Assembly (NCBI GenBank): GCA_964016885.1
Contig: OZ024741.1
Span: 367,350,001-367,414,000 of the forward strand
Source: Eledone cirrhosa
Taxonomy: Eukaryota
DNA length: 64,000 bases
Direction: 5' to 3'
Under the pieces are notes generated by a model. That model did no database searches. It was not told the DNA's origin and was given only the letters and a program-made list of their open reading frames with translations. The stretch's first letter is position 1; every line of letters begins with the position of its first letter. The translations under genes were made by a program, and so were the position numbers. Of this stretch, positions 1 through 15,000 are shown piece after piece.

Positions 1-3000
1 ATCTGTATGTGTATCTGTCTGTGTATCTGTATGTGTATCTGTCTGTGTATCTGTATGTGTCTCTGTCTGTGTATCTGTCTGTGTATCTGTCTGTGTATCT
101 GTCTGTGTATCTGTCTGTGTATCTGTATGTGTATCTGTCTGTGTTTCTGTATGTGTATCTGTATGTGTATCTGTATGTGTCTCTGTCTGTGTATCTGTCT
201 GTGTATCTGTCTGTGTATCTGTATGTGTATCTGTATGTGTATCTGTCTGTGTATCTGTATGTGTATCTGTCTGTGTATCTTTTTGTGTATCTGTATGTGT
301 ATCTGTCTGTGTATCTGTCTGTGTATCTGTCTGTGTATCTGTCTGTGTATCTGTCTGTGTATCTGTATGTGTATCTGTCTGTGTATCTGTCTGTGTATCT
401 GTATGTGTATCTGTCTGTGTATCTGTATGTGTATCTGTATGTGTATCTGTCTGTGTATCTGTCTGTGTCTCTGTCAGTGTATCTGTCTGTGTCTCTGTCT
501 GTGTCTCTGTCTGTGTCTCTGTCTGTGTATTTGTATGTGTATCTGTCTGTGTATCTGTATGTGTATCTGTCTGTGTATCTGTCTGTGTTTCTGTATGTGT
601 ATATGTATGTGTCTCTGTCTGTGTATCTGTATGTGTATCTGTCTGTGTATCTGTATGTGTATCTGTCTGTGTATCTGTATGTGTATCTGTCTGTGTATCC
701 GTCTGTGTATCTGTCTGTGTATCTGTCTGTGTATCTGTCTGTGTATCTGTCTGTGTATCTGTCTGTGTATCTGTATGTGTATATGTATGTGTATCTGTCT
801 GTGTTTCTGTATGTGTATCTGTCTGTGTATCTGTATGTGTATCTGTCTGTGTTCCTGTATGTGTATCTGTCTGTGTATCTGTATGTGTATCTGTCTGTGT
901 ATCTGTCTGTGTATCTGTCTGTGTATCTGTATGTGTCTCTGTCTGTGTATCTGTCTGTGTATCTGTCTGTGTATCTGTCTGTGTATCTGTCTGTGTATCT
1001 GTATGTGTATCTGTCTGTGTTCCTGTATGTGTATCTGTATGTGTATCTGTATGTGTCTCTGTCTGTGTATCTGTCTGTGTATCTGTCTGTGTATCTGTAT
1101 GTGTATCTGTCTGTGTATCTGTCTGTGTATCTGTATGTGTATCTGTCTGTGTATCTGTATGTGTATCTGTCTGTGAATCTGTATGTGTATCTGTATGTGT
1201 ATCTGTCTGTGTATCTGTATGTGTATCTGTCTGTGTATCTGTCTTTGTATCTGTCTGTGTCTCTGTCTGTGTATCTGTATGTGTATCTGTCTGTGTATCT
1301 GTCTTTGTATCTGTCTGTGTCTCTGTCTGTGTCTCTGTCTGTGTCTCTGTCTGTGTATCTGTATGTGTATCTGTCTGTGTATCTGTCTGTGTATCTGTCT
1401 GTGTCTCTGTCTCTGTATCTGTATGTGTATCTGTATGTGTATCTGTCTGTGTATCTGTCTGTGTATCTGTATGTGTCTCTGTCTGTGTCTCTGTCTGTGT
1501 ATCTGTCTGTGTATCTGTCTGTGTATCTGTATGTGTATCTGTATGTGTATCTGTCTGTGTATCTGTATGTGTATCTGTCTGTGTATCTTTTTGTGTATCT
1601 GTATGTGTATCTGTCTGTGTATCTGTCTGTGTATCTGTCTGTGTATCTGTCTCTGTATCTGTCTGTGTATCTGTATGTGTATCTGTCTGTGTATCTGTCT
1701 GTGTATCTGTATGTGTATCTGTCTGTGTATCTGTATGTGTATCTGTATGTGTATCTGTCTGTGTATCTGTCTGTGTCTCTGTCTGTGTATCTGTCTGTGT
1801 CTCTGTCTGTGTCTCTGTCTGTGTCTCTGTCTGTGTATTTGTATGTGTATCTGTCTGTGTATCTGTATGTGTATCTGTCTGTGTATCTGTCTGTGTTTCT
1901 GTATGTGTATATGTATGTGTCTCTGTCTGTGTATCTGTATGTGTATCTGTCTGTGTATCTGTATGTGTATCTGTCTGTGTATCTGTATGTGTATCTGTCT
2001 GTGTATCTGTCTGTGTATCTGTCTGTGTATCTGTCTGTGTATCTGTCTGTGTATCTGTCTGTGTATCTGTCTGTGTATCTGTATGTGTATATGTATTTGT
2101 ATCTGTGTCTGTGTTTCTGTATGTGTATCTGTCTGTGTAATCTGTATGTGTATCTGTCTGTGTTCCTGTATGTGTATCTGTCTGTGTATCTGTATGTGTA
2201 TCTGTCTGTGTATCTGTCTGTGTATCTGTCTGTGTATCTGTATGTGTATCTGTCTGTGTTCCTGTATGTGTATCTGTATGTGTATATGTATGTGTCTCTG
2301 TCTGTGTATCTGTCTGTGTATCTGTCTGTGTATCTGTATGTGTATCTGTCTGTGTATCTGTCTGTGTATCTGTATGTGTATCTGTCTGTGTATCTGTCTG
2401 TGTATCTCTCTGTGTATCTGTATGTGTATCTGTCTGTGTTCCTGTATGTGTATCTGTCTGTGTATCTGTATGTGTATCTGTCTGTGTATCTGTCTGTTTA
2501 TCTGTCTGTGTATCTGTCTGTGTATCTGTCTGTGTATCTGTCTGTGTATCTGTATGTGTATCTGTCTGTGTCTCTGTCTGTGTCTCTGTCTGTGTATCTG
2601 TATGTGTATCTGTATGTGTATCTGTCTGTGTATCTGTCTGTGTATCTGTCTGTGTATCTGTATGTGTATCTGTCTGTGTATCTGTCTGTGTATCTGTCTG
2701 TGTCTCTGTCTGTGTCTCTGTCTGTGTCTCTGTCTGTGTATCTGTATGTGTATCTGTCTGTGTATCTGTCTGTGTATCTGTCTGTGTCTCTGTCTGTGTA
2801 TCTGTATGTGTATCTGTCTGTGTATCTGTCTGTGTATCTGTCTGTGTATCTGTATGTGTATCTGTCTGTGTATCTGTCTGTGTATCTGTCTGTGTCTCTG
2901 TCTGTGTCTCTGTCTGTGTATCTGTATGTGTATCTGTATGTGTCTCTGTCTGTGTATCTGTCTGTGTATCTGTCTGTGTATCTGTATGTGTATCTGTCTG

Positions 3001-6000
3001 TGTATCTGTCTTTGTATCTGTCTGTGTATCTGTCTGTGTCTCTGTCTGTGTCTCTGTCTGTGTATCTGTATGTGTATCTGTCTGTGTATCTGTCTGTGTA
3101 TCTGTCTGTGTATCTGTATGTGTATCTGTCTGTCTGTGTATCTGTCTGTGTATCTGTCTGTGTATCTGTCTGTGTATCTGTCTGTGTATCTGTCTGTGTA
3201 TCTGTATGTGTCTCTGTCTGTGTATCTGTCTGTGTTCTGTATGTGTATCTGTCTGTGTATCTGTATGTGTATCTGTCTGTGTATCTGTCTGTGTATCTGT
3301 CTGTGTCTCTGTCTGTGTCTCTGTCTGTGTATCTGTATGTGTATCTGTATGTGTATCTGTCTGTGTATCTGTCTGTGTCTCTGTCTGTGTATCTGTATGT
3401 GTATCTGTCTGTGTATCTGTCTTTGTATCTGTCTGTGTCTCTGTCTGTGTCTCTGTCTGTGTCTCTGTCTGTGTATCTGTATGTGTATCTGTCTGTGTAT
3501 CTGTCTGTGTATCTGTCTGTGTCTCTGTCTCTGTATCTGTATGTGTATCTGTATGTGTATCTGTCTGTGTATCTGTCTGTGTATCTGTATGTGTCTCTGT
3601 CTGTGTATCTGTCTGTGTCTCTGTCTGTGTATCTGTATGTGTATCTGTCTGTGTATCTGTCTTTGTATCTGTCTGTGTCTCTGTCTGTGTCTCTGTCTGT
3701 GTCTCTGTCTGTGTATCTGTATGTGTATCTGTCTGTGTATCTGTCTGTGTATCTGTCTGTGTCTCTGTCTCTGTATCTGTATGTGTATCTGTATGTGTAT
3801 CTGTCTGTGTATCTGTCTGTGTATCTGTATGTGTCTCTGTCTGTGTCTCTGTCTGTGTATCTGTCTGTGTATCTGTCTGTGTATCTGTATGTGTATCTGT
3901 ATGTGTATCTGTCTGTGTATCTGTATGTGTATCTGTCTGTGTATCTTTTTGTGTATCTGTATGTGTATCTGTCTGTGTATCTGTCTGTGTATCTGTCTGT
4001 GTATCTGTCTGTGTATCTGTCTGTGTATCTGTATGTGTATCTGTCTGTGTATCTGTCTGTGTATCTGTATGTGTATCTGTCTGTGTATCTGTATGTGTAT
4101 CTGTATGTGTATCTGTCTGTGTATCTGTCTGTGTCTCTGTCAGTGTATCTATCTGTGTCTCTGTCTGTGTCTCTGTCTGTGTCTCTGTCTGTGTATCTGT
4201 ATGTGTATCTGTCTGTGTATCTGTATGTGTATCTGTCTGTGTATCTGTCTGTGTTTCTGTATGTGTATCTGTATGTGTCTCTGTCTGTGTATCTGTATGT
4301 GTATCTGTCTGTGTATCTGTCTGTGTATCTGTCTGTGTATCTGTATGTGTATCTGTCTGTGTATCCGTCTGTGTATCTGTCTGTGTATCTGTCTGTGTAT
4401 CTGTCTGTGTATCTGTCTGTGTATCTGTCTGTGTATCTGTATGTGTATCTGTATGTGTATCTGTCTGTGTTTCTGTATGTGTATCTGTCTGTGTATCTGT
4501 ATGTGTATCTGTCTGTGTTCCTGTATGTGTATTTGTCTGTGTATCTGTATGTGTATCTGTCTGTGTATCTGTCTGTGTATCTGTCTGTGTATCTGTATGT
4601 GTCTCTCTCTGTGTATCTGTCTGTGTATCTGTCTGTGTATCTGTCTGTGTATCTGTCTGTGTATCTGTATGTGTATCTGTCTGTGTTCCTGTATGTGTAT
4701 CTGTATGTGTATCTGTATGTGTCTCTGTCTGTGTATCTGTCTGTGTATCTGTCTGTGTATCTGTATGTGTATCTGTATGTGTATCTGTCTGTGTATCTGT
4801 ATGTGTATCTGTCTGTGTATCTGTTTGTGTATCTGTATGTGTATCTGTCTGTGTATCTGTCTGTGTATCTGTCTGTGTATCTGTCTGTGTATCTGTCTGT
4901 GTATCTGTATGTGTATCTGTCTGTGTATCTGTCTGTGTATCTGTATGTGTATCTGTCTGTGTATCTGTATGTGTATCTGTATGTGTATCTGTCTGTGTCT
5001 CTGTCAGTGTATCTGTCTGTGTCTCTGTCTGTGTCTCTGTCTGTGTCTCTGTTCTGTGTATCTTGTGTATGTGTATCTGTCTGTGTATCTGTATGTGTAT
5101 CTGTCTGTGTATCTGTCTGTGTTTCTGTATGTGTATATGTATGTGTCTCTGTCTGTGTATCTGTATGTGTATCTGTCTGTGTATCTGTACTGTGTATCTG
5201 TCTGTGTATCTGTATGTGTATCTGTCTGTGTATCTGTCTGTGTATCTGTCTGTGTATCTGTCTGTGTATCTGTCTGTGTATCTGTCTGTGTATCTGTCTG
5301 TGTATCTGTATGTGTATCTTGTATGTGTATCTGTCTGTGTCTCTGTATGTGTATCTGTCTGTGTATCTGTCTGTGTATCTGTCTGTGTATCTGTATGTGT
5401 ATCTGTCTGTGTATCTGTATGTGTATCTGTCTGTGTATCTGTCTGTGTATCTGTCTGTGTATCTGTATGTGTATCTGTCTGTGTATCTGTCTGTGTATCT
5501 GTCTGTGTATCTGTCTGTGTATCTGTCTGTGTATCTGTATGTGTATCTGTCTGTGTATCTGTATGTGTATCTGTATGTGTATCTGTATGTGTCTCTGTCT
5601 GTGTATCTGTCTGTGTATCTGTCTGTGTATCTGTATGTGTATCTGTCTGTGTATCTGTCTGTGTATCTGTATGTGTATCTGTCTGTGTATCTGTATGTGT
5701 ATCTGTCTGTGAATCTGTATGTGTATCTGTATGTGTATCTGTCTGTGTATCTGTCTGTGTCTCTGTCTGTGTATCTGTATGTGTATCTGTCTGTGTATCT
5801 GTCTGTGTATCTGTCTGTGTATCTGTATGTGTATCTGTCTGTGTATCTGTATGTGTCTCTGTCTGTGTATCTGTCTGTGTATCTGTCTGTGTATCTGTAT
5901 GTGTATCTGTCTGTGTATCTGTCTGTGTATCTGTATGTGTATCTGTCTGTGTATCTGTATGTGTATCTGTCTGTGTATCTGTATGTGTATCTGTATGTGT

Positions 6001-9000
6001 ATCTGTCTGTGTATCTGTCTGTGTCTCTGTCTGTGTATCTGTATGTGTATCTGTCTGTGTATCTGTCTTTGTATCTGTCTGTGTCTCTGTCTGTGTCTCT
6101 GTCTGTGTCTCTGTCTGTGTATCTGTATGTGTATCTGTCTGTGTATCTGTCTGTGTATCTGTCTGTGTCTCTGTCTCTGTATCTGTATGTGTATCTGTCT
6201 GTGTATCTGTCTGTGTATCTGTCTGTGTATCTGTATGTGTACTCTGTCTGTGTATCTGTCTGTGTATCTGTCTGTGTATCTGTCTGTGTCTCTGTCTGTG
6301 TATCTGTATGTGTATCTGTATGTGTATCTGTCTGTGTATCTGTCTGTGTCTCTGTCTGTGTATCTGTATGTGTATCTGTCTGTGTATCTGTCTGTGTATC
6401 TGTCTGTGTATCTGTCTGTGTCTCTGTCTGTGTCTCTGTCTGTGTATCTGTATGTGTATCTGTCTGTGTATCTGTCTGTGTATCTGTCTGTGTATCTGTA
6501 TGTGTATCTGTCTGTGTCTGTGTATCTGTCTGTGTATCTGTCTGTGTATCTGTCTGTGTATCTGTCTGTGTATCTGTCTGTGTATCTGTATGTGTCTCTG
6601 TCTGTGTATCTGTCTGTGTTCCTGTATGTGTATCTGTCTGTGTATCTGTATGTGTATCTGTCTGTGTATCTGTCTGTGTATCTGTCTGTGTCTCTGTCTG
6701 TGTCTCTGTCTGTGTATCTGTATGTGTATCTGTATGTGTATCTGTCTGTGTATCTGTCTGTGTCTCTGTCTGTGTATCTGTATGTGTATCTGTCTGTGTA
6801 TCTGTCTTTGTATCTGTCTGTGTCTCTGTCTGTGTCTCTGTCTGTGTCTCTGTCTGTGTATCTGTATGTGTATCTGTCTGTGTATCTGTCTGTGTATCTG
6901 TCTGTGTCTCTGTCTCTGTATCTGTATGTGTATCTGTATGTGTATCTGTCTGTGTATCTGTCTGTGTATCTGTATGTGTCTCTGTCTGTGTATCTGTCTG
7001 TGTCTCTGTCTGTGTATCTGTATGTGTATCTGTCTGTGTATCTGTCTTTGTATCTGTCTGTGTCTCTGTCTGTGTCTCTGTCTGTGTCTCTGTCTGTGTA
7101 TCTGTATGTGTATCTGTCTGTGTATCTGTCTGTGTATCTGTCTGTGTCTCTGTCTCTGTATCTGTATGTGTATCTGTATGTGTATCTGTCTGTGTATCTG
7201 TCTGTGTATCTGTATGTGTCTCTGTCTGTGTCTCTGTCTGTGTATCTGTCTGTGTATCTGTCTGTGTATCTGTATGTGTATCTGTATGTGTATCTGTCTG
7301 TGTATCTGTATGTGTATCTGTCTGTGTATCTGTTTGTGTATCTGTATGTGTATCTGTCTGTGTATCTGTCTGTGTATCTGTCTGTGTATCTGTCTGTGTC
7401 TCTGTCTGTGTATCTGTATGTGTATCTGTCTGTGTATCTGTCTGTGTATCTGTCTGTGTCTCTGTCTCTGTATCTGTATGTGTATCTGTATGTGTATCTG
7501 TCTGTGTATCTGTCTGTGTATCTGTATGTGTCTCTGTCTGTGTCTCTGTCTGTGTATCTGTCTGTGTCTCTGTCTGTGTCTCTGTCTGTGTATCTGTATG
7601 TGTATCTGTATGTGTCTCTGTCTGTGTATCTGTCTGTGTCTCTGTCTGTGTATCTGTATGTGTATCTGTCTGTGTATCTGTCTTTGTATCTGTCTGTGTC
7701 TCTGTCTGTGTCTCTGTCTGTGTCTCTGTCTGTGTATCTGTATGTGTATCTGTCTGTGTATCTGTCTGTGTATCTGTCTGTGTATCTGTATGTGTATCTG
7801 TCTGTGTCTGTGTATCTGTCTGTTTATCTGTCTGTGTATCTGTCTGTGTATCTGTCTGTGTATCTGTATGTGTATCTGTATGTGTCTCTGTCTGTGTATC
7901 TGTCTGTGTTCCTGTATGTGTATCTGTCTGTGTATCTGTATGTGTATCTGTCTGTGTATCTGTCTGTGTATCTGTCTGTGTCTCTGTCTGTGTCTCTGTC
8001 TGTGTATCTGTATGTGTATCTGTATGTGTATCTGTCTGTGTATCTGTCTGTGTCTCTGTCTGTGTATCTGTATGTGTATCTGTCTGTGTATCTGTCTTTG
8101 TATCTGTCTGTGTCTCTGTCTGTGTCTCTGTCTGTGTCTCTGTCTGTGTATCTGTATGTGTATCTGTCTGTGTATCTGTCTGTGTATCTGTCTGTGTCTC
8201 TGTCTCTGTATCTGTATGTGTATCTGTATGTGTATCTGTCTGTGTATCTGTCTGTGTATCTGTATGTGTCTCTGTCTGTGTATCTGTCTGTGTCTCTGTG
8301 TGTGTATCTGTATGTGTATCTGTCTGTGTATCTGTCTTTGTATCTGTCTGTGTCTCTGTCTGTGTCTCTGTCTGTGTCTCTGTCTGTGTATCTGTATGTG
8401 TATCTGTCTGTGTATCTGTCTGTGTATCTGTCTGTGTCTCTGTCTCTGTATCTGTATGTGTTGTATCTGTATGTGTATCTGTCTGTGTATCTGTCTGTGT
8501 ATCTGTATGTGTCTCTGTCTGTGTCTCTGTCTGTGTATCTGTCTGTGTATCTGTCTGTGTATCTGTATGTGTATCTGTATGTGTATCTGTCTGTGTATCT
8601 GTATGTGTATCTGTCTGTGTATCTTTTTGTGTATCTGTATGTGTATCTGTCTGTGTATCTGTCTGTGTATCTGTCTGTGTATCTGTCTGTGTATCTGTCT
8701 GTGTATCTGTATGTGTATCTGTCTGTGTATCTGTCTGTGTATCTGTATGTGTATCTGTCTGTGTATCTGTATGTGTATCTGTATGTGTATCTGTCTGTGT
8801 ATCTGTCTGTGTCTCTGTCAGTGTATCTATCTGTGTCTCTGTCTGTGTCTCTGTCTGTGTCTCTGTCTGTGTATTTGTATGTGTATCTGTCTGTGTATCT
8901 GTATGTGTATCTGTCTGTGTATCTGTCTGTGTTTCTGTATGTGTATATGTATGTGTCTCTGTCTGTGTATCTGTATGTGTATCTGTCTGTGTATCTGTAT

Positions 9001-12000
9001 GTGTATCTGTCTGTGTATCTGTATGTGTATCTGTCTGTGTATCGTCTGTGTATCTGTCTGTGTATCTGTCTGTGTATCTGTCTGTGTATCTGTCTGTGTA
9101 TCTGTCTGTGTATCTGTATGTGTATATGTATGTGTATCTGTCTGTGTTTCTGTATGTGTATCTGTCTGTGTATCTGTATGTGTATCTGTCTGTGTTCCTG
9201 TATGTGTATTTGTCTGTGTATCTGTATGTGTATCTGTCTGTGTATCTGTCTGTGTATCTGTCTGTGTATCTGTATGTGTCTCTCTCTGTGTATCTGTCTG
9301 TGTATCTGTCTGTGTATCTGTCTGTGTATCTGTCTGTGTATCTGTATGTGTATCTGTCTGTGTTCCTGTATGTGTATCTGTATGTGTATCTGTATGTGTC
9401 TCTGTCTGTGTATCTGTCTGTGTATCTGTCTGTGTATCTGTATGTGTATCTGTATGTGTATCTGTCTGTGTATCTGTATGTGTATCTGTCTGTGTATCTT
9501 TTTGTGTATCTGTATGTGTATCTGTCTGTGTATCTGTCTGTGTATCTGTCTGTGTATCTGTCTGTGTATCTGTCTGTGTATCTGTATGTGTATCTGTCTG
9601 TGTATCTGTCTGTGTATCTGTATGTGTATCTGTCTGTGTATCTGTATGTGTATCTGTATGTGTATCTGTCTGTGTATCTGTCTGTGTCTCTGTCAGTGTA
9701 TCTGTCTGTGTCTCTGTCTGTGTCTCTGTCTGTGTCTCTGTCTGTGTATTTGTATGTGTATCTGTCTGTGTATCTGTATGTGTATCTGTCTGTGTATCTG
9801 TCTGTGTTTCTGTATGTGTATATGTATGTGTCTCTGTCTGTGTATCTGTATGTGTATCTGTCTGTGTATCTGTATGTGTATCTGTCTGTGTATCTGTATG
9901 TGTATCTGTCTGTGTATCCGTCTGTGTATCTGTCTGTGTATCTGTCTGTGTATCTGTCTGTGTATCTGTCTGTGTATCTGTCTGTGTATCTGTATGTGTA
10001 TATGTATGTGTATCTGTCTGTGTTTCTGTATGTGTATCTGTCTGTGTATCTGTATGTGTATCTGTCTGTGTTCCTGTATGTGTATCTGTCTGTGTATCTG
10101 TATGTGTATCTGTCTGTGTATCTGTCTGTGTATCTGTCTGTGTATCTGTATGTGTCTCTGTCTGTGTATCTGTCTGTGTATCTGTCTGTGTATCTGTCTG
10201 TGTATCTGTCTGTGTATCTGTATGTGTATCTGTCTGTGTTCCTGTATGTGTATCTGTATGTGTATCTGTATGTGTCTCTGTCTGTGTATCTGTCTGTGTA
10301 TCTGTCTGTGTATCTGTATGTGTATCTGTCTGTGTATCTGTCTGTGTATCTGTATGTGTATCTGTCTGTGTATCTGTATGTGTATCTGTCTGTGAATCTG
10401 TATGTGTATCTGTATGTGTATCTGTCTGTGTATCTGTATGTGTATCTGTCTGTGTATCTGTATGTGTATCTGTCTGTGTATCTGTCTGTGTTTCTGTCTG
10501 TGTATCTGTATGTGTATCTGTATGTGTCTCTGTCTGTGTCTCTGTCTGTGTCTCTGTCTGTGTCTCTGTCTGTGTATCTGTATGTGTATCTGTCTCTGTA
10601 TCTGTCTGTGTATCTGTCTGTGTATCTGTCTGTGTATCTGTCTGTGTATCTGTCTGTGTATCTGTATGTGTATCTGTCTGTGTATCTGTCTGTGTATCGG
10701 TCTGTGTATCTGTCTGTGTATCTGTCTGTGTATCTGTCTGTGTATCTGTATGTGTATCTGTCTGTGTCTGTGTATCTGTCTGTTTATCTGTCTGTGTATC
10801 TGTCTGTGTATCTGTCTGTGTATCTGTATGTGTATCTGTATGTGTCTCTGTCTGTGTATCTGTCTGTGTTCCTGTATGTGTATCTGTCTGTGTATCTGTA
10901 TGTGTATCTGTCTGTGTATCTGTCTGTGTATCTGTCTGTGTCTCTGTCTGTGTCTCTGTCTGTGTATCTGTATGTGTATCTGTATGTGTATCTGTCTGTG
11001 TATCTGTCTGTGTCTCTGTCTGTGTATCTGTATGTGTATCTGTCTGTGTATCTGTCTTTGTATCTGTCTGTGTCTCTGTCTGTGTCTCTGTCTGTGTCTC
11101 TGTCTGTGTATCTGTATGTGTATCTGTCTGTGTATCTGTCTGTGTATCTGTCTGTGTCTCTGTCTCTGTATCTGTATGTGTATCTGTATGTGTATCTGTC
11201 TGTGTATCAGTCTGTGTATCTGTATGTGTCTCTGTCTGTGTCTCTGTCTGTGTATCTGTCTGTGTCTCTGTCTGTGTCTCTGTCTGTGTCTCTGTCTGTG
11301 TATCTGTATGTGTATCTGTCTGTGTATCTGTCTGTGTATCTGTCTGTGTCTCTGTCTGTGTATCTGTATGTGTATCTGTCTGTGTATCTGTCTTTGTATC
11401 TGTCTGTGTCTCTGTCTGTGTATCTGTATGTGTATCTGTCTGTGTATCTGTCTTTGTATCTGTCTGTGTCTCTGTCTGTGTCTCTGTCTGTGTCTCTGTC
11501 TGTGTATCTGTATGTGTATCTGTCTGTGTATCTGTCTGTGTATCTGTCTGTGTCTCTGTCTCTGTATCTGTATGTGTATCTGTATGTGTATCTGTCTGTG
11601 TATCTGTCTGTGTATCTGTATGTGTCTCTGTCTGTGTCTCTGTCTGTGTATCTGTCTGTGTATCTGTCTGTGTATCTGTATGTGTATCTGTATGTGTATC
11701 TGTCTGTGTATCTGTATGTGTATCTGTCTGTGTATCTTTTTGTGTATCTGTATGTGTATCTGTCTGTGTATCTGTCTGTGTATCTGTCTGTGTATCTGTC
11801 TCTGTATCTGTCTGTGTATCTGTATGTGTATCTGTCTGTGTATCTGTCTGTGTATCTGTATGTGTATCTGTCTGTGTATCTGTATGTGTATCTGTATGTG
11901 TATCTGTCTGTGTATCTGTCTGTGTCTCTGTCTGTGTATCTGTCTGTGTCTCTGTCTGTGTCTCTGTCTGTGTCTCTGTCTGTGTATTTGTATGTGTATC

Positions 12001-15000
12001 TGTCTGTGTATCTGTATGTGTATCTGTCTGTGTATCTGTCTGTGTTTCTGTATGTGTATATGTATGTGTCTCTGTCTGTGTATCTGTATGTGTATCTGTC
12101 TGTGTATCTGTATGTGTATCTGTCTGTGTATCTGTATGTGTATCTGTCTGTGTATCTGTCTGTGTATCTGTCTGTGTATCTGTCTGTGTATCTGTCTGTG
12201 TATCTGTCTGTGTATCTGTCTGTGTATCTGTATGTGTATATGTATTTGTATCTGTCTGTGTTTCTGTATGTGTATCTGTCTGTGTATCTGTATGTGTATC
12301 TGTCTGTGTTCCTGTATGTGTATCTGTCTGTGTATCTGTATGTGTATCTGTCTGTGTATCTGTCTGTGTATCTGTCTGTGTATCTGTATGTGTATCTGTC
12401 TGTGTTCCTGTATGTGTATCTGTATGTGTATATGTATGTGTCTCTGTCTGTGTATCTGTCTGTGTATCTGTCTGTGTATCTGTATGTGTATCTGTCTGTG
12501 TATCTGTCTGTGTATCTGTATGTGTATCTGTCTGTGTATCTGTCTGTGTATCTCTCTGTGTATCTGTATGTGTATCTGTCTGTGTTCCTGTATGTGTATC
12601 TGTCTGTGTATCTGTATGTGTATCTGTCTGTGTATCTGTCTGTTTATCTGTCTGTGTATCTGTCTGTGTATCTGTCTGTGTATCTGTCTGTGTATCTGTA
12701 TGTGTATCTGTCTGTGTCTCTGTCTGTGTCTCTGTCTGTGTATCTGTATGTGTATCTGTATGTGTATCTGTCTGTGTATCTGTCTGTGTCTCTGTCTGTG
12801 TATCTGTATGTGTATCTGTCTGTGTATCTGTCTTTGTATCTGTCTGTGTCTCTGTCTGTGTCTCTGTCTGTGTCTCTGTCTGTGTATCTGTATGTGTATC
12901 TGTCTGTGTATCTGTCTGTGTATCTGTCTGTGTCTCTGTCTCTGTATCTGTATGTGTATCTGTATGTGTATCTGTCTGTGTATCTGTCTGTGTATCTGTA
13001 TGTGTCTCTGTCTGTGTCTCTGTCTGTGTATCTGTCTGTGTCTCTGTCTGTGTCTCTGTCTGTGTATCTGTATGTGTATCTGTATGTGTCTCTGTCTGTG
13101 TATCTGTCTGTGTCTCTGTCTGTGTATCTGTATGTGTATCTGTCTGTGTATCTGTCTTTGTATCTGTCTGTGTCTCTGTCTGTGTCTCTGTCTGTGTCTC
13201 TGTCTGTGTATCTGTATGTGTATCTGTCTGTGTATCTGTCTGTGTATCTGTCTGTGTATCTGTATGTGTATCTGTCTGTGTCTGTGTATCTGTCTGTTTA
13301 TCTGTCTGTGTATCTGTCTGTGTATCTGTCTGTGTATCTGTATGTGTATCTGTATGTGTCTCTGTCTGTGTATCTGTCTGTGTTCCTGTATGTGTATCTG
13401 TCTGTGTATCTGTATGTGTATCTGTCTGTGTATCTGTCTGTGTATCTGTCTGTGTCTCTGTCTGTGTCTCTGTCTGTGTATCTGTATGTGTATCTGTATG
13501 TGTATCTGTCTGTGTATCTGTCTGTGTCTCTGTCTGTGTATCTGTATGTGTATCTGTCTGTGTATCTGTCTTTGTATCTGTCTGTGTCTCTGTCTGTGTC
13601 TCTGTCTGTGTCTCTGTCTGTGTATCTGTATGTGTATCTGTCTGTGTATCTGTCTGTGTATCTGTCTGTGTCTCTGTCTCTGTATCTGTATGTGTATCTG
13701 TATGTGTATCTGTCTGTGTATCTGTCTGTGTATCTGTATGTGTCTCTGTCTGTGTCTCTGTCTGTGTATCTGTCTGTGTATCTGTCTGTGTATCTGTATG
13801 TGTATCTGTATGTGTATCTGTCTGTGTATCTGTATGTGTATCTGTCTGTGTATCTTTTTGTGTATCTGTATGTGTATCTGTCTGTGTATCTGTCTGTGTA
13901 TCTGTCTGTGTATCTGTCTCTGTATCTGTCTGTGTATCTGTATGTGTATCTGTCTGTGTATCTGTCTGTGTATCTGTATGTGTATCTGTCTGTGTATCTG
14001 TATGTGTATCTGTATGTGTATCTGTCTGTGTATCTGTCTGTGTCTCTGACTGTGTATCTGTCTGTGTCTCTGTCTGTGTCTCTGTCTGTGTCTCTGTCTG
14101 TGTATTTGTATGTGTATCTGTCTGTGTATCTGTATGTGTATCTGTCTGTGTATCTGTCTGTGTTTTTGTATGTGTATATGTATGTGTCTCTGTCTGTGTA
14201 TCTGTATGTGTATCTGTCTGTGTATCTGTATGTGTATCTGTCTGTGTATCTGTATGTGTATCTGTCTGTGTATCTGTCTGTGTATCTGTCTGTGTATCTG
14301 TCTGTGTATCTGTCTGTGTATCTGTCTGTGTATCTGTCTGTGTATCTGTATGTGTATATGTATGTGTATCTGTCTGTGTTTCTGTATGTGTATCTGTCTG
14401 TGTATCTGTATGTGTATCTGTCTGTGTTCCTGTATGTGTATCTGTCTGTGTATCTGTATGTGTATCTGTCTGTGTATCTGTCTGTGTATCTGTATGTGTC
14501 TCTGTCTGTGTATCTGTCTGTGTATCTGTCTGTGTATCTGTCTGTGTATCTGTCTGTGTATCTGTCTGTGTATCTGTATGTGTATCTGTCTGTGTTCCTG
14601 TATGTGTATCTGTATGTGTATATGTATGTGTCTCTGTCTGTGTATCTGTCTGTGTATCTGTCTGTGTATCTGTATGTGTATCTGTCTGTGTATCTGTCTG
14701 TGTATCTGTATGTGTATCTGTCTGTGTATCTGTCTGTGTATCTCTCTGTGTATCTGTATGTGTATCTGTCTGTGTTCCTGTATGTGTATCTGTCTGTGTA
14801 TCTGTATGTGTATCTGTCTGTGTATCTGTCTGTGTATCTGTCTGTGTATCTGTCTGTGTATCTGTCTGTGTATCTGTCTGTGTATCTGTATGTGTATCTG
14901 TTTGTGTCTCTGTCTGTGTCTCTGTCTGTGTATCTGTATGTGTATCTGTATGTGTATCTGTCTGTGTATCTGTCTGTGTCTCTGTCTGTGTATCTGTATG

